Source of the DNA: Myxococcota bacterium
Lineage (GTDB): Bacteria > Myxococcota_A > SURF-8
DNA length: 64,000 nucleotides
Direction of reading: 5' to 3'
Assembly: GCA_963674735.2 (NCBI GenBank)
Contig: CAXXQS010000002.1
Location: 1,600,001 to 1,664,000 of the forward strand
A model generated the notes under the pieces. That model was not told the origin of the DNA, made no database searches, and saw only the letters and a program-made list of their open reading frames with translations. Within the stretch, counting starts at the first letter, position 1. The number at the start of each line of letters is the position of its first letter. The translations under genes were made by a program, and so were the position numbers. Below, one piece after another: positions 38,838 through 48,715 of this stretch.

Positions 38838-40427
38838 ATGGTTAAGTGGGTGTGGCTGGCGCTGATCAGCCTGCTTTGGATGGCCGGACCGGTTTCGGCG
38901 TCCAACGGCAGCGTGATTATCGTCGGCAACGACATCATCAAAACGGAGGCGTTGCTTGATGCAGTGGCGCTGCCTCAGGACGCCTGGGTGACGCCCACCA
39001 TGGCCGTGCGCGTGCGCTATAAAATCGAATCGTTCTATTTTACCCGTGGCTATACTCTGGCGCGCGCCTGGACCAAGGCGCATCGCGGGAAACTGTATGT
39101 TTCCATCGATGAAGGGCGCCTGGAAAAGATCATCGTTCGCGGACGTGGTTCGACCACCACCCTGGCGATCAAATTCCTCTTCAAACTTGAAAAAAACATC
39201 TACAATCGTTTTGAAGTGGAACGGCAGCTGAAAGAGATCCGCCAACAGTTGAATATCGGCGAAATCGAAACGCTTCTTGTGGAATCGCCGAAAGTGCAGG
39301 AAGTGGGCTTTCAATTGTCGGACCTCGACATGAAAATCGAGCTGTTCGAGCAGAAGGTGGCCGCGCATGAACTGCACATCATCATCGCTCCTTCGCGCGG
39401 CAGCGGTCCCAGTATCGGTGCTTACACATCCGCCACCTTCGGTTTCGTACCTTACATTGCGTATACCGAGCGAGGGCCGTTTTTCGACAACAACGACGAC
39501 AAGCTGCGGTTGTCGTTGGAAACCGGCTACAATATCCGAAAAGGCCTCAACAACGATCGCTGGCAAGTGCTTTTTACCCATGCGATGGGCAAGGGCCGCT
39601 ATGATTTTCCTCCCCTGGTTGAATTGCTGCGGTTTTTCCTGGTGGAAAGCCTTCAGGTTTCCAGTTATAGCCGAGCGGATCTGCCGCTCGATGAGTACTG
39701 GCGCTTCCGGGTCCATTCATCGGTCAATCTCGGACTGGATTTACGTCCCGGCCTGTCGTTGTATGTTGGTGGAGGTGTCGAGTACGAGTCGTTGTTTTCG
39801 ATCAAGCCGGTGCTGGACGACGTTTTTCTGGCCGAGCCGTTCAATGATACGGGGTTTCTGTTAACCTACGGCTTTGAATGGGATTTCGATCCCTCTGAGA
39901 TGCGGCGGGATCGCCATCATCGGTTGTTGTTGGAGATCCGGCATTTCTGGCCGGGACAGGATGCCTTTCATCGCTTGAATGTGCGTTATCAAAAGGTTTT
40001 CGTTTTCGGTTATAACGATCTGATCCTGCGTGGACGGCTGCTGGCCACCCTGGGAGACACCAAGTTTTACGAAGAAGTCAGCCTGGGTGGGAAAAACCTG
40101 CGAACGTTTTTCAACGGACGCTACTACGTCGATACCGCGCTTTGGGCGACCCTGGAATTTCGATTGTCATTATGGAAGGACATCATCAAGGTCTCGGTCT
40201 TTCACGATCTGGCCCCGTTTTTCGAGATCGAACGCAAAGAGACTGCGGGCGGGGTCGTCTCGGCGAATTCCGGTGAATCGCACAGCATCGCGATCGCCGA
40301 CTCTTTCGGTCCGGGGTTTCACTGGCTTTTTCTGGATTCCTTCCAGCTTGATTTTTATGGATGTGTCGGTTTTTCTCCTTCCGGATTCGGCTGGAATATC
40401 TATTTCACCTTATTCCGGGTTTTCTAG
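38838..40427 (+). CDS. Outer-membrane protein, POTRA plus beta-barrel (Omp85/TpsB-like)
   Basis: Signal peptide; YFTRGYTLARA...IDEGRL POTRA-like; LGGKNLRTF loop-6-like motif; C-terminal F. Confidence 0.6.
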   Translation: MVKWVWLALISLLWMAGPVSASNGSVIIVGNDIIKTEALLDAVALPQDAWVTPTMAVRVRYKIESFYFTRGYTLARAWTKAHRGKLYVSIDEGRLEKIIVRGRGSTTTLAIKFLFKLEKNIYNRFEVERQLKEIRQQLNIGEIETLLVESPKVQEVGFQLSDLDMKIELFEQKVAAHELHIIIAPSRGSGPSIGAYTSATFGFVPYIAYTERGPFFDNNDDKLRLSLETGYNIRKGLNNDRWQVLFTHAMGKGRYDFPPLVELLRFFLVESLQVSSYSRADLPLDEYWRFRVHSSVNLGLDLRPGLSLYVGGGVEYESLFSIKPVLDDVFLAEPFNDTGFLLTYGFEWDFDPSEMRRDRHHRLLLEIRHFWPGQDAFHRLNVRYQKVFVFGYNDLILRGRLLATLGDTKFYEEVSLGGKNLRTFFNGRYYVDTALWATLEFRLSLWKDIIKVSVFHDLAPFFEIERKETAGGVVSANSGESHSIAIADSFGPGFHWLFLDSFQLDFYGCVGFSPSGFGWNIYFTLFRVF

Positions 40428-40454
40428 TGTTCCCCTGTTTGAAACGGCAAGGAT

Positions 40455-40483
40455 TTGCCATGTGTAAAAGCGCGGGGTATACT
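40455..40483 (+). promoter_or_regulatory. sigma70-type promoter of hsp20-lon
   Basis: TTGCCA-17 bp-TATACT; GGAGG RBS downstream. Confidence 0.6.
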
Positions 40484-40525
40484 GCGCCTACGGAACTGGA
40501 CCCCGGAAATCGATAGGAGGGCGCA

Positions 40526-40975
40526 ATGGCCAACATCAAAAAGATGGACACCCGTCAGCGTATGTTGTCCATCCAGGATGAGCTGAACCATATCCTGGCC
40601 GATTTTCTAGAGCCTCAGCAAGAACGCTATCTGGCGCGCTCGCGCAACCTCGAAATTCAGGTGGATGTCTACGAAACCGAAGACGCCATCAACATTCTGG
40701 CCGAGCTTCCGGGAATGGCTATCGACGATATCGGCTTGTTCCTTTCACGCGATCTGCTGGTTATAGAGGGAACCAAACATGCGTCGCCGACATCGGAGAA
40801 TGGACATTATCTGAATCTCGAACGGGAGTACGGCACCTACAAGCGCGATGTGGGAATTCCCAAGCCTATCAACGCCGATAAAATCTCGGCGCGTTTGGAT
40901 AATGGTATTTTGCATGTTGTATTGCCTAAAATTTCGGATCGGCGTGGCAAGCGTAAACGCATACCGATCGATTGA
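40526..40975 (+). CDS. Hsp20/alpha-crystallin small heat-shock protein
   Basis: VDVYET, AELPGM, EREYG, ARLDNGILHVVLPK, terminal IPI motif. Confidence 0.92.
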   Translation: MANIKKMDTRQRMLSIQDELNHILADFLEPQQERYLARSRNLEIQVDVYETEDAINILAELPGMAIDDIGLFLSRDLLVIEGTKHASPTSENGHYLNLEREYGTYKRDVGIPKPINADKISARLDNGILHVVLPKISDRRGKRKRIPID

Positions 40976-41034
40976 ATCAGTCTAAGAAAGGGCGGCTCTT
41001 TACCGTGTCGCTTGGCCCCTCAGGAGGATGAGCC

Positions 41035-43659
41035 ATGACAGAAGAAATGGAGAATTTGCCGGTCACGATCCCCGAATCGCTTCCGGTGCTTCCGGTCAAG
41101 GATCTGGTTATTTTTCCGTTTATGATTGTGCCGCTGTTTGTCAATCGCGAAATGACGACGGCCGCCGTCGATACTGCGTTGGCCAGCGACCGTCTGGTAT
41201 TCTTAACGGCCCAGAAGTCTGCCGAGACGGAGGAACCGACAGGCGCAGACATCTACCCCCTCGGTACCGTGGGTATGATCATGCGTATGCGCAAACTGGT
41301 CGATGGCCGTATCAAGATATTGGTGCAGGGCGTGCACCGTGCGCGCATCAAAGAGGTGCTTTCCGAAAAGCCCTATATCACCGTGTCGGTGGAAAAGCAG
41401 GACGAGCCTTACGAAGATGACGAAGAAGCCTTGCGTGCCGAGGCGATTATTCGCACCGTCAAGGAAAACATGGAGAAGGTGATCAATCTGGGTAAGTCGA
41501 TTTCCCCGGATATCCTGCTGATGATGGGGTCGATCGACGAACCGGGCCGTTTGGCCGATCTGGTGGCGACCAACATCATCAACACCGTCGAACAGGCTCA
41601 GGAAGTTCTTGAAATCCTGGATTCCATCGAGCGTTTGCATCATGTCAACGATTTGCTCGACAAGGAAATCAAGGTGCTGACGATGCAGGCCAAGATTCAG
41701 AATCAGGCCCGCGAAGAGATGTCGAAATCGCAGCGCGATTATTATTTGCGCGAACAGTTGCGCGCCATCAAGGCGGAACTGGGCGAGTCGGACAATCAGG
41801 CCAAAGAGATCGAAGAACTGCGCGAAAAGATCCATGCGGTGGGGATGTCGGCCGAGGCGTTGAAGGAAGCCGAAAAGCAGGTCGGACGCCTTGAGACGAT
41901 GAATACCGAGTCGGCCGAGGCGTCGGTGATTCGTACCTACCTCGATTGGCTGGTGGAAATTCCCTGGAGTGCCCGTACGGAAGATACCATCGAAATTCCG
42001 TTTGCGCGCAAAGTGCTCGATGAAGACCACTACGATCTCGAAAAAATCAAGGAACGCATCCTGGAATTTCTCGGGGTGCGCAAACTCAAGGGGACGCATA
42101 AAGGCCCCATCCTCTGCTTTGTCGGCCCGCCGGGAGTGGGGAAAACATCGCTGGGTAAATCCATCGGGCGCGCCATGGGACGCAAATTCGTTCGGATTTC
42201 GCTGGGCGGCGTGCGGGATGAGGCCGAGATTCGCGGACATCGACGGACGTATGTCGGAGCCATGCCCGGTAAGATCATCCAGAGTCTCAAGCAGGCCGGC
42301 AGCCGTAATCCGGTGTTCATGATGGATGAAATCGATAAACTGGGATCCGATTTTCGCGGCGATCCGTCATCGGCGCTTTTGGAAGTGCTCGATCCCGAGC
42401 AGAACCACAGCTTTGTCGATCATTACCTCAACCTGGCCTACGACCTCACGGACGTGATGTTCGTTGCGACAGCCAACGTGCTGGATACCATTCCCCCTGC
42501 TTTGCGCGATCGGATGGAAGTGATTCAACTGGCGGGTTATTCGTCGGATGAAAAACTGCGTATCGCCAAGCGCTATCTGATTCCCAAGCAAATCGAAGAT
42601 AACGGCCTGACACCCGACCAGATCACCATGACCGACGCGGCGATTTCGTTCCTCGTTCACAGTTACACCCGTGAAGCAGGCTTGCGAAACCTGGAACGTC
42701 AGATCGGCGGCGTGTGTCGCAAGTTGGCTCTAGATGTGGCCGAAGGCAAGAAAGTGGCCGGGCGCGTTACGCCCAAGCATGTTGAAAAATACCTCGGCCG
42801 ACCGCTTTACATGGAAGGCGAAGAAGAACAGGAAGATCAGGTGGGCGTGGCCCCCGGCTTGGCCTGGACGCCCGTGGGCGGCGAGGTGCTGTATGTCGAG
42901 GCGCGATTGATGCCCGGACGCGGTCAGTTCATCCTCACCGGCCATCTCGGCGATGTGATGAAAGAATCCGCGCAGGCGGCTTGGAGTTACCTGCGTTCGA
43001 AGGCGAAAGACTACCATATTGCGGATAGCAACTTCACCAATCAGCAGGTGCACGTACACGTGCCCTCGGGCGCCATCCCCAAGGACGGCCCGTCGGCGGG
43101 CGTGACCATGGCGACCGCGCTGTTTTCCGCGTTGACCGGCCGAAAAATACACCATGATGTGGCCATGACCGGTGAAATCACCTTGACCGGCAAGGTGCTG
43201 CCCATCGGCGGCATCAAGAACAAGGTGTTGGCGGCCATGCGCATGAACATCAAAAAAATCGTCATCCCCGAGAGCAACCGCAAGGAAGTGTTGGAATTGC
43301 CGCCGCACGTCCTTCGCCTATTCGAGCCCGTTTTCGTTAAAACCATCGATGATGTTCTTTCGGTAACCATCGCCGACCCGGCACCGGCCAAAAAACGAGC
43401 CTCGAAATCCGGGACGAAAGCGGCAACCCCAAAAAAAGTCGCTCGGACTTCGAAGGGCAACGGCCGCGCTGCGGTGAAAAAAGCGGCAGCGGCCAAGAAA
43501 ACCACCCCGGCCAAAAAAACGACCAAGGCTCCAGCGAGTGCCAAGGCAGTGAAAACCGGAAAAACCCAGAGCTCGGCCAAGGCCAAGAAACCGGTCTCGA
43601 AAAAAGCGGCCGGGACGAAAACAGCCCGGGTTGCGGTCCGCGCCAAACGCGGCAAATAA
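41035..43659 (+). CDS. lon: ATP-dependent Lon protease with K/A-rich C-terminal tail
   Basis: GPPGVGKTS, DEAEIRGHRRTY, DEIDK, catalytic PKDGPSAG, PIGGIKNK. Confidence 0.97.
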   Translation: MTEEMENLPVTIPESLPVLPVKDLVIFPFMIVPLFVNREMTTAAVDTALASDRLVFLTAQKSAETEEPTGADIYPLGTVGMIMRMRKLVDGRIKILVQGVHRARIKEVLSEKPYITVSVEKQDEPYEDDEEALRAEAIIRTVKENMEKVINLGKSISPDILLMMGSIDEPGRLADLVATNIINTVEQAQEVLEILDSIERLHHVNDLLDKEIKVLTMQAKIQNQAREEMSKSQRDYYLREQLRAIKAELGESDNQAKEIEELREKIHAVGMSAEALKEAEKQVGRLETMNTESAEASVIRTYLDWLVEIPWSARTEDTIEIPFARKVLDEDHYDLEKIKERILEFLGVRKLKGTHKGPILCFVGPPGVGKTSLGKSIGRAMGRKFVRISLGGVRDEAEIRGHRRTYVGAMPGKIIQSLKQAGSRNPVFMMDEIDKLGSDFRGDPSSALLEVLDPEQNHSFVDHYLNLAYDLTDVMFVATANVLDTIPPALRDRMEVIQLAGYSSDEKLRIAKRYLIPKQIEDNGLTPDQITMTDAAISFLVHSYTREAGLRNLERQIGGVCRKLALDVAEGKKVAGRVTPKHVEKYLGRPLYMEGEEEQEDQVGVAPGLAWTPVGGEVLYVEARLMPGRGQFILTGHLGDVMKESAQAAWSYLRSKAKDYHIADSNFTNQQVHVHVPSGAIPKDGPSAGVTMATALFSALTGRKIHHDVAMTGEITLTGKVLPIGGIKNKVLAAMRMNIKKIVIPESNRKEVLELPPHVLRLFEPVFVKTIDDVLSVTIADPAPAKKRASKSGTKAATPKKVARTSKGNGRAAVKKAAAAKKTTPAKKTTKAPASAKAVKTGKTQSSAKAKKPVSKKAAGTKTARVAVRAKRGK

Positions 43660-43693
43660 TCGGACTCTTTGTACGACGCACCAAGGATTGCAC

Positions 43694-44446
43694 ATGGACC
43701 CCGCACGCATCGAGCGTTTGTTGAAAGATGTGGCGACCGGTAAAATCGCCGTGGCTGAAGCGTTGGATGGGTTGCGCCAACTTCCTTTCGAGTCTCTCGG
43801 TCATAGTATGATCGATCACCATCGCCAATTACGGACCGGCGTGCCGGAGGTTATTTACGGCGAAAGCAAAACCGCCGAACAGATCGCCGAGATCGCCCAG
43901 CGTATCACCGCCCGTAAAACCGCCCTTTTAGCCACGCGGGTGGATGCGGAGAAGGCGCGTCTGACTTGCGAGCGCCTGCCCGACGTCACCTATGACGCTG
44001 TTTCACGCACCCTTCGTTGGCTGCCGCCATCGCGCAAAAAGCCCCAGGGTCTGGTTTGCGTGGTAACGGCCGGAACCAGTGACATTCCGGTGGCCGAGGA
44101 AGCGGCGATGACATTGGAAATCATGAACGCCAATCTCGAACGGGTCTATGACGTCGGCGTGGCGGGGGTGCACCGGCTGCTGGATCGGTTGCCGCTGTTG
44201 CAGAAAGCCCGCGCCATTGTCGTGGCGGCCGGGATGGAAGGCGCGCTGGCATCTATCGTGGGCGGCATGGTTCCCGCCCCGGTGGTGGCTTTGCCTACCA
44301 GTGTGGGTTACGGAGCCAGCTTCAAAGGGGTCGCGGCGCTTCTCGGTATGCTGACGTCTTGTGCTCCCGGCGTGGCGGTGGTCAATATCGACAACGGTTT
44401 CGGTGCGGGGGTTATGGCGGGGCTGATCAACCGGCGTGGCCGTTGA
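43694..44446 (+). CDS. larB: Nickel-pincer cofactor biosynthesis carboxylase LarB
   Basis: IDHHR..RTGVPEVIYGESK, AGTSDIPVAEEA, DVGVAGVHRL, PTSVGYGAS, VNIDNGFGA. Confidence 0.92.
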   Translation: MDPARIERLLKDVATGKIAVAEALDGLRQLPFESLGHSMIDHHRQLRTGVPEVIYGESKTAEQIAEIAQRITARKTALLATRVDAEKARLTCERLPDVTYDAVSRTLRWLPPSRKKPQGLVCVVTAGTSDIPVAEEAAMTLEIMNANLERVYDVGVAGVHRLLDRLPLLQKARAIVVAAGMEGALASIVGGMVPAPVVALPTSVGYGASFKGVAALLGMLTSCAPGVAVVNIDNGFGAGVMAGLINRRGR

Positions 44447-44456
44447 GAACGAACGT

Positions 44457-45551
44457 CTAAAACAAACGCCGTCGTCCGTATACGTTCAGAAGAAGCGCGA
44501 CACACACCATGCAGATGATCATCGAGGTTCCCCCGTAGCTCATAAAGGGTAGGGTGACACCTACCACGGGCAAAAGCCCGATCACCATCCCGATATTGAT
44601 GAAGATCTGCCAGAATAAAACCGCGGTTGCACCGACGGCCAAGAGCGCGCCGAATTTTTCGCGGGCTTTGCTGGCGACGTGCAATCCGGACAGGATTATC
44701 GTCAGATAAAGCGATAAAACCGCCAGTGACCCCACATAGCCCTGTTCTTCCGCCCATACCGAGAAAATGAAATCGGTGTGCTGCTCCGGCAAAAAACGCA
44801 ACTGGGTTTGCGTGCCGTTTCGGAATCCCTTGCCGTTGACCATTCCCGAACCGATGGCGATCACCGACTGCCGCCGATGGTAGCCGCTGCCCCGAGGGTC
44901 GCTGCCGGGGTCGAAAAGAGTCATAATGCGGGTTTTCTGATAGTCCTTCAAAACGTAATGCCAGCCGACCGGAATGAGGATCAGGGCCGCCAAAACCATC
45001 GCGATCAACGTGCGCCGCTTGATGCGTGTGAAAAGCAGCAGGCTGAAGGCGATAATGGCCAAGAGCAGGCTGGTTCCGAGATCGGGTTCTTTGAGGACAA
45101 GCGCCATCGGAGTCAGAATGATCAGCCAGACCTTACGCAACGACCACAGATCATGTCCTTCTTTGGGAGTGGGGGTGTTGTGAAAGTATTTGGCTAGCGC
45201 CATGACCAGGAAAATTTTCATCGGCTCCGAGGGCTGCAGGTTGAAAATTCCCAGGTTGAGCCACCGCTGCGATCCGCCGATCGGTCGCGAAAACAGCACG
45301 GCGACCAGCAGTACCAGGCAGACCCCGAAAAGGAAATAAGCCAAGCGTTCGTAAACGCGGTAATCGATGGCGTAGGCGACTGCAGCGATGACGACCGCAA
45401 TGGCCGTCCAGCCGATCTGCGAAAAAAAGTAGGTGGGTCGCGTGGCGTAGGCCGCGGAAAACAAGTTGACCAGCCCGATGGCGAGAATCGCCGCTGTGCC
45501 CAGAAAGAGAGGCCAGTGAAAATTATCCGATACGCGGCGATGGGGAGTCAT
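44457..45551 (-). CDS. rodA: Rod shape-determining SEDS glycosyltransferase RodA
   Basis: GSQRWL, QPSEPMK, EPDLGT, QSVIAIGSG, FLPEQHTDFIF, LPFMSYGGTS. Confidence 0.93.
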   Translation of the reverse strand: MTPHRRVSDNFHWPLFLGTAAILAIGLVNLFSAAYATRPTYFFSQIGWTAIAVVIAAVAYAIDYRVYERLAYFLFGVCLVLLVAVLFSRPIGGSQRWLNLGIFNLQPSEPMKIFLVMALAKYFHNTPTPKEGHDLWSLRKVWLIILTPMALVLKEPDLGTSLLLAIIAFSLLLFTRIKRRTLIAMVLAALILIPVGWHYVLKDYQKTRIMTLFDPGSDPRGSGYHRRQSVIAIGSGMVNGKGFRNGTQTQLRFLPEQHTDFIFSVWAEEQGYVGSLAVLSLYLTIILSGLHVASKAREKFGALLAVGATAVLFWQIFINIGMVIGLLPVVGVTLPFMSYGGTSMIICMVCVALLLNVYGRRRLF

Positions 45552-45565
45552 GTTGCTGTGCCGAC

Positions 45566-46585
45566 CTACAGGCTCAGATAGCCGTAAAATTTTTGGTTGA
45601 AATCGGTGACGATCAGATCGGCCAAACGCATCAGCACCTTTTCTTGGGCATCGGTCCAGTTTTTGGCGCCATCCCGATAGGTGTGTTCCACCAGACCGAA
45701 GGTGGTGCCGTCGAGGTTGTCGATCAGTTCGAGGGTGGCGCGTGTTTTGGCGAAAACGAATCCGGTGCGGTTTTCCGGATTGGTTTTCATCTGTTTTACC
45801 TGGCCGCGCACGATCAAATCGGCACCTTCAACTTCAGGCTGGATCGTCAGCCGTCCGTTGTTGAGGCTTTTCACCACCGCCTCGCGAATGCGCCCGGCAT
45901 TATCTCCTTCGACGGTGATGGCCACCTTCAATTCGGAAAGTGTTCGGTTGAGCTTTTCATTCAGTGTGGCCGGACTGATCAAGGATGAGACTCCGGAACC
46001 GACGGCGTTGACGACGGTCAGCTGGGTGTTTTTGATTTCGCGTTCTTTCATGAGTTCCAATGCTTGAACCAGCGGGCGCGCTTTTTGTACGACGCTGCGG
46101 CCTTTCCCGCTTTGTTCCACACGGCTTTTAATCTCGAAATCGAGAGCGATGACTCGTCGTTCCAGTCGCATCACGGCCGGGGCGCGTTCCAGGGTTGCCA
46201 GAGCGTAGGCTTGCCCGCTTTCCGGGTCGATGAAACTTTCGCGGATGGCGACACCTTCGAGTGTCTGATTGACATAGGTGCGCGTCAACTCGCTGACCGA
46301 TGTTTTCAGTATCCAGGATTGCTGGGTGTTTCCCTCCATCCCGGTGAAGTCCTCCAGTGTTTTCTGGAGTTGCTCGACTTTGATGGAAAACTGTTTGGCG
46401 ATTTCAGCCCGGGCGCGGTCTTGCGCGGTGGCCAGATCCCCGCCTTGACCCATGCCCACCATGAAACGTGAATCCGGATACGAAGGCGGTACTTGCCCTT
46501 CGATCCATGCCGGACGGTCGATGTGGGAGCAAGCGGCGATGAAGCCGATCAGGATGAGGGCGAAGCTGAAAGCTATCGATCTCAT
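45566..46585 (-). CDS. LPP20-family lipoprotein
   Basis: Lipobox IAAC; PAWI...YP...VGMGQG...AQDRARAEIA. Confidence 0.78.
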   Translation of the reverse strand: MRSIAFSFALILIGFIAACSHIDRPAWIEGQVPPSYPDSRFMVGMGQGGDLATAQDRARAEIAKQFSIKVEQLQKTLEDFTGMEGNTQQSWILKTSVSELTRTYVNQTLEGVAIRESFIDPESGQAYALATLERAPAVMRLERRVIALDFEIKSRVEQSGKGRSVVQKARPLVQALELMKEREIKNTQLTVVNAVGSGVSSLISPATLNEKLNRTLSELKVAITVEGDNAGRIREAVVKSLNNGRLTIQPEVEGADLIVRGQVKQMKTNPENRTGFVFAKTRATLELIDNLDGTTFGLVEHTYRDGAKNWTDAQEKVLMRLADLIVTDFNQKFYGYLSL

Positions 46586-48039
46586 GATTCCCTCCTTTGG
46601 GTTGCAAGAGGCCTGGGAGTCTTATCGGGGTTGACCGAGACGGCCGCCTTTTCGTGGGGAGGCGATCCGACCGGAGCCGCGGGCGGCGAAGGAGATTTCG
46701 CTCCGGGTTCGCGGGCTCGCGTAATGAGAAAACGGGTTTGGTCGGGCTCAAGCGTCAAGGTAAAACGTTGACGATCGAGGATGGTGTTGCCGCTGAAATT
46801 GACCGTCACGGTGCGTTTCCCGGGGACGATCGGAACTACCGCCAGCCGCAGGTGATCGGGCAGGGTCATCCAGGAGCGCGTGTCGGCGGCCTCCGCGATA
46901 TCGTAAATATTCATGGCCAGATTCGCGATCAGTGAGGCGGCTTGCAAGCCTTCGTTCTTACTTTTTAAGGCGGCCACCTTGGTGACTTTCTTGATCGCAT
47001 AGCGGGCGATGGCTTTTGCCACCGCGCGGCCTTTCACCTGGCCGTTTTTGTCGTTGAGCATGTTGATGGCCAAGGTGCTGAGGTCGTGGATGCGCGGCAT
47101 CTTGACCGAGCGGCCCATGACGGTCAACGAGGCCTTGCGGGCGGTGAAAAAACTGCGGCGAAATTCGGGATAGGTAACCACGATTGTATCGAGTTGCGGA
47201 TCCGGGATGATCCACTTCTGAGAGAATTTATGCGCCACCACGCCCAGTTCTCCGATCACCACCAGCCGCGCTTTGCCATCCCAGTAGGCGGGATCGCTCT
47301 CGGGATAGCGTCCGAATTCCGGTTCATATTTGGCTATCGCCTCCGTGTATCCGAGTTGCCGGGCGGCGCGCAATACGGAAGCCTTAAGTGCCGTCGGCGT
47401 TTTGATTTTCGTAAGCGTGCCAAGCAGGGCATAGCCGTCCAAGGCATCTTCGTATGAACGGAAGGAGGCGTTGTAATCGCCTTCCGCTTCGTGAATCAGA
47501 CCGGCCAGGAACTGGGCGAAGCCATCTTGTTTGTAGGATGTCTTGACTTTGTTGCGCGCCAGATGATCCGTATAAACTTGCAGCCGGTGGTTGAGTTGGC
47601 GAGCTTCGACGGCGGCCGCTTCCAGGTTGTTGAGATGCAGATAATTGAAGGCCATGATCAGATTGATCATGATGCGTTCGAATTCTTCGCCTTTGAAGGC
47701 GCGTGAGGCTTCATTCCAGGCGATGGCGGCCAGTTCATCCGCGATACTGGTGCCGAACAGTTCGTCCAGTTTGAGCTTGGCGGCATCGAAAGCCCGGTTG
47801 CTCTCATCGTAGCGTCCCAGAAGATGCAGGATTTCGCCTTTATCCATCAAGTCCATGACGAGATCTTTTTTGGAACCCTCTTTGTGCAGTTTCTTCAATT
47901 GCGTCAAGGCTCTTTCATATTCGCCCAGGCGCACGTGGGTGACCATTTCCTTGCGCATCTCGGCATGGGTGGCGCAACCGCTTATGACCAGCAAAAGCAG
48001 GAGCCACCCGGCGCTGATTGAGGAATACCGCGTCGACAT
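46582..48039 (-). CDS. TPR-containing lipoprotein (COG3014-like)
   Basis: Lipobox ISGC; TPR-like helices; AAAVEARQ, ADTRSWMTLP motifs. Confidence 0.78.
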   Translation of the reverse strand: MSTRYSSISAGWLLLLLVISGCATHAEMRKEMVTHVRLGEYERALTQLKKLHKEGSKKDLVMDLMDKGEILHLLGRYDESNRAFDAAKLKLDELFGTSIADELAAIAWNEASRAFKGEEFERIMINLIMAFNYLHLNNLEAAAVEARQLNHRLQVYTDHLARNKVKTSYKQDGFAQFLAGLIHEAEGDYNASFRSYEDALDGYALLGTLTKIKTPTALKASVLRAARQLGYTEAIAKYEPEFGRYPESDPAYWDGKARLVVIGELGVVAHKFSQKWIIPDPQLDTIVVTYPEFRRSFFTARKASLTVMGRSVKMPRIHDLSTLAINMLNDKNGQVKGRAVAKAIARYAIKKVTKVAALKSKNEGLQAASLIANLAMNIYDIAEAADTRSWMTLPDHLRLAVVPIVPGKRTVTVNFSGNTILDRQRFTLTLEPDQTRFLITRAREPGAKSPSPPAAPVGSPPHEKAAVSVNPDKTPRPLATQRRES

Positions 48040-48055
48040 TATGGATTGTCCGGAG

Positions 48056-48670
48056 TTACCAGCGCACCGAATCCTTGTCGATGACTTTTTTGATCTTGTG
48101 CTGGCCGACCCACACGATTTCGTTGGTGGTCAGATTGTGGAGTTCGATATTGGCCTGGTACCAGACCGCTTTGGATCCGCCCAGTTCATCCACGATGGTG
48201 TTGATGGAGCCTTTCATGATGAAGTCGGCGCCGACTTCCTGGCCCACTCCGGCTCGGGTTTCTTCGGAGGTATAGCCCTCATGTTGGTCGGCGCGCTCCT
48301 GGCGTAGTTCGCCGCGTTCGTCGCGCGAAGAGACGAAGCGCACCTTTTGCGAATTGATCAGCGCTCGTTCGATATCCTTGACGAAGGTTTGGACGTTGAT
48401 GTGTTCGTGGCTTTTATTGACGATGGAACCGACGATCACCACGGGCCGTTTGCTTGCGTGAGCCGCTTTCCATTCCGTCAGCCAGGGTTGACTGAGGCAG
48501 TCGCCGACGATGGCACCGGATACCTGCTGAGAGTCGGTATCGTTCCAGCGGCCGGAGATATCGGTTACTTTATCGGCTGCGACGCGGGTGACGCGTTTGC
48601 CGCCACAGGCGATGCAGGAAAGGATAATCAGACAGACAAGAAAAATGAAGCCGATTCGTCGTGGTATCAT
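48056..48670 (-). CDS. lpoB: Penicillin-binding protein activator LpoB-like lipoprotein
   Basis: Lipobox CIAC; DISGRWNDTDSQ, NKSHEHIN, GADFIMKGSI, NEIVW. Confidence 0.78.
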   Translation of the reverse strand: MIPRRIGFIFLVCLIILSCIACGGKRVTRVAADKVTDISGRWNDTDSQQVSGAIVGDCLSQPWLTEWKAAHASKRPVVIVGSIVNKSHEHINVQTFVKDIERALINSQKVRFVSSRDERGELRQERADQHEGYTSEETRAGVGQEVGADFIMKGSINTIVDELGGSKAVWYQANIELHNLTTNEIVWVGQHKIKKVIDKDSVRW

Positions 48671-48715
48671 GGGGTACCTCCAATCGAATGCAAAAATGGG
48701 CCGAAGATCCTGCGT

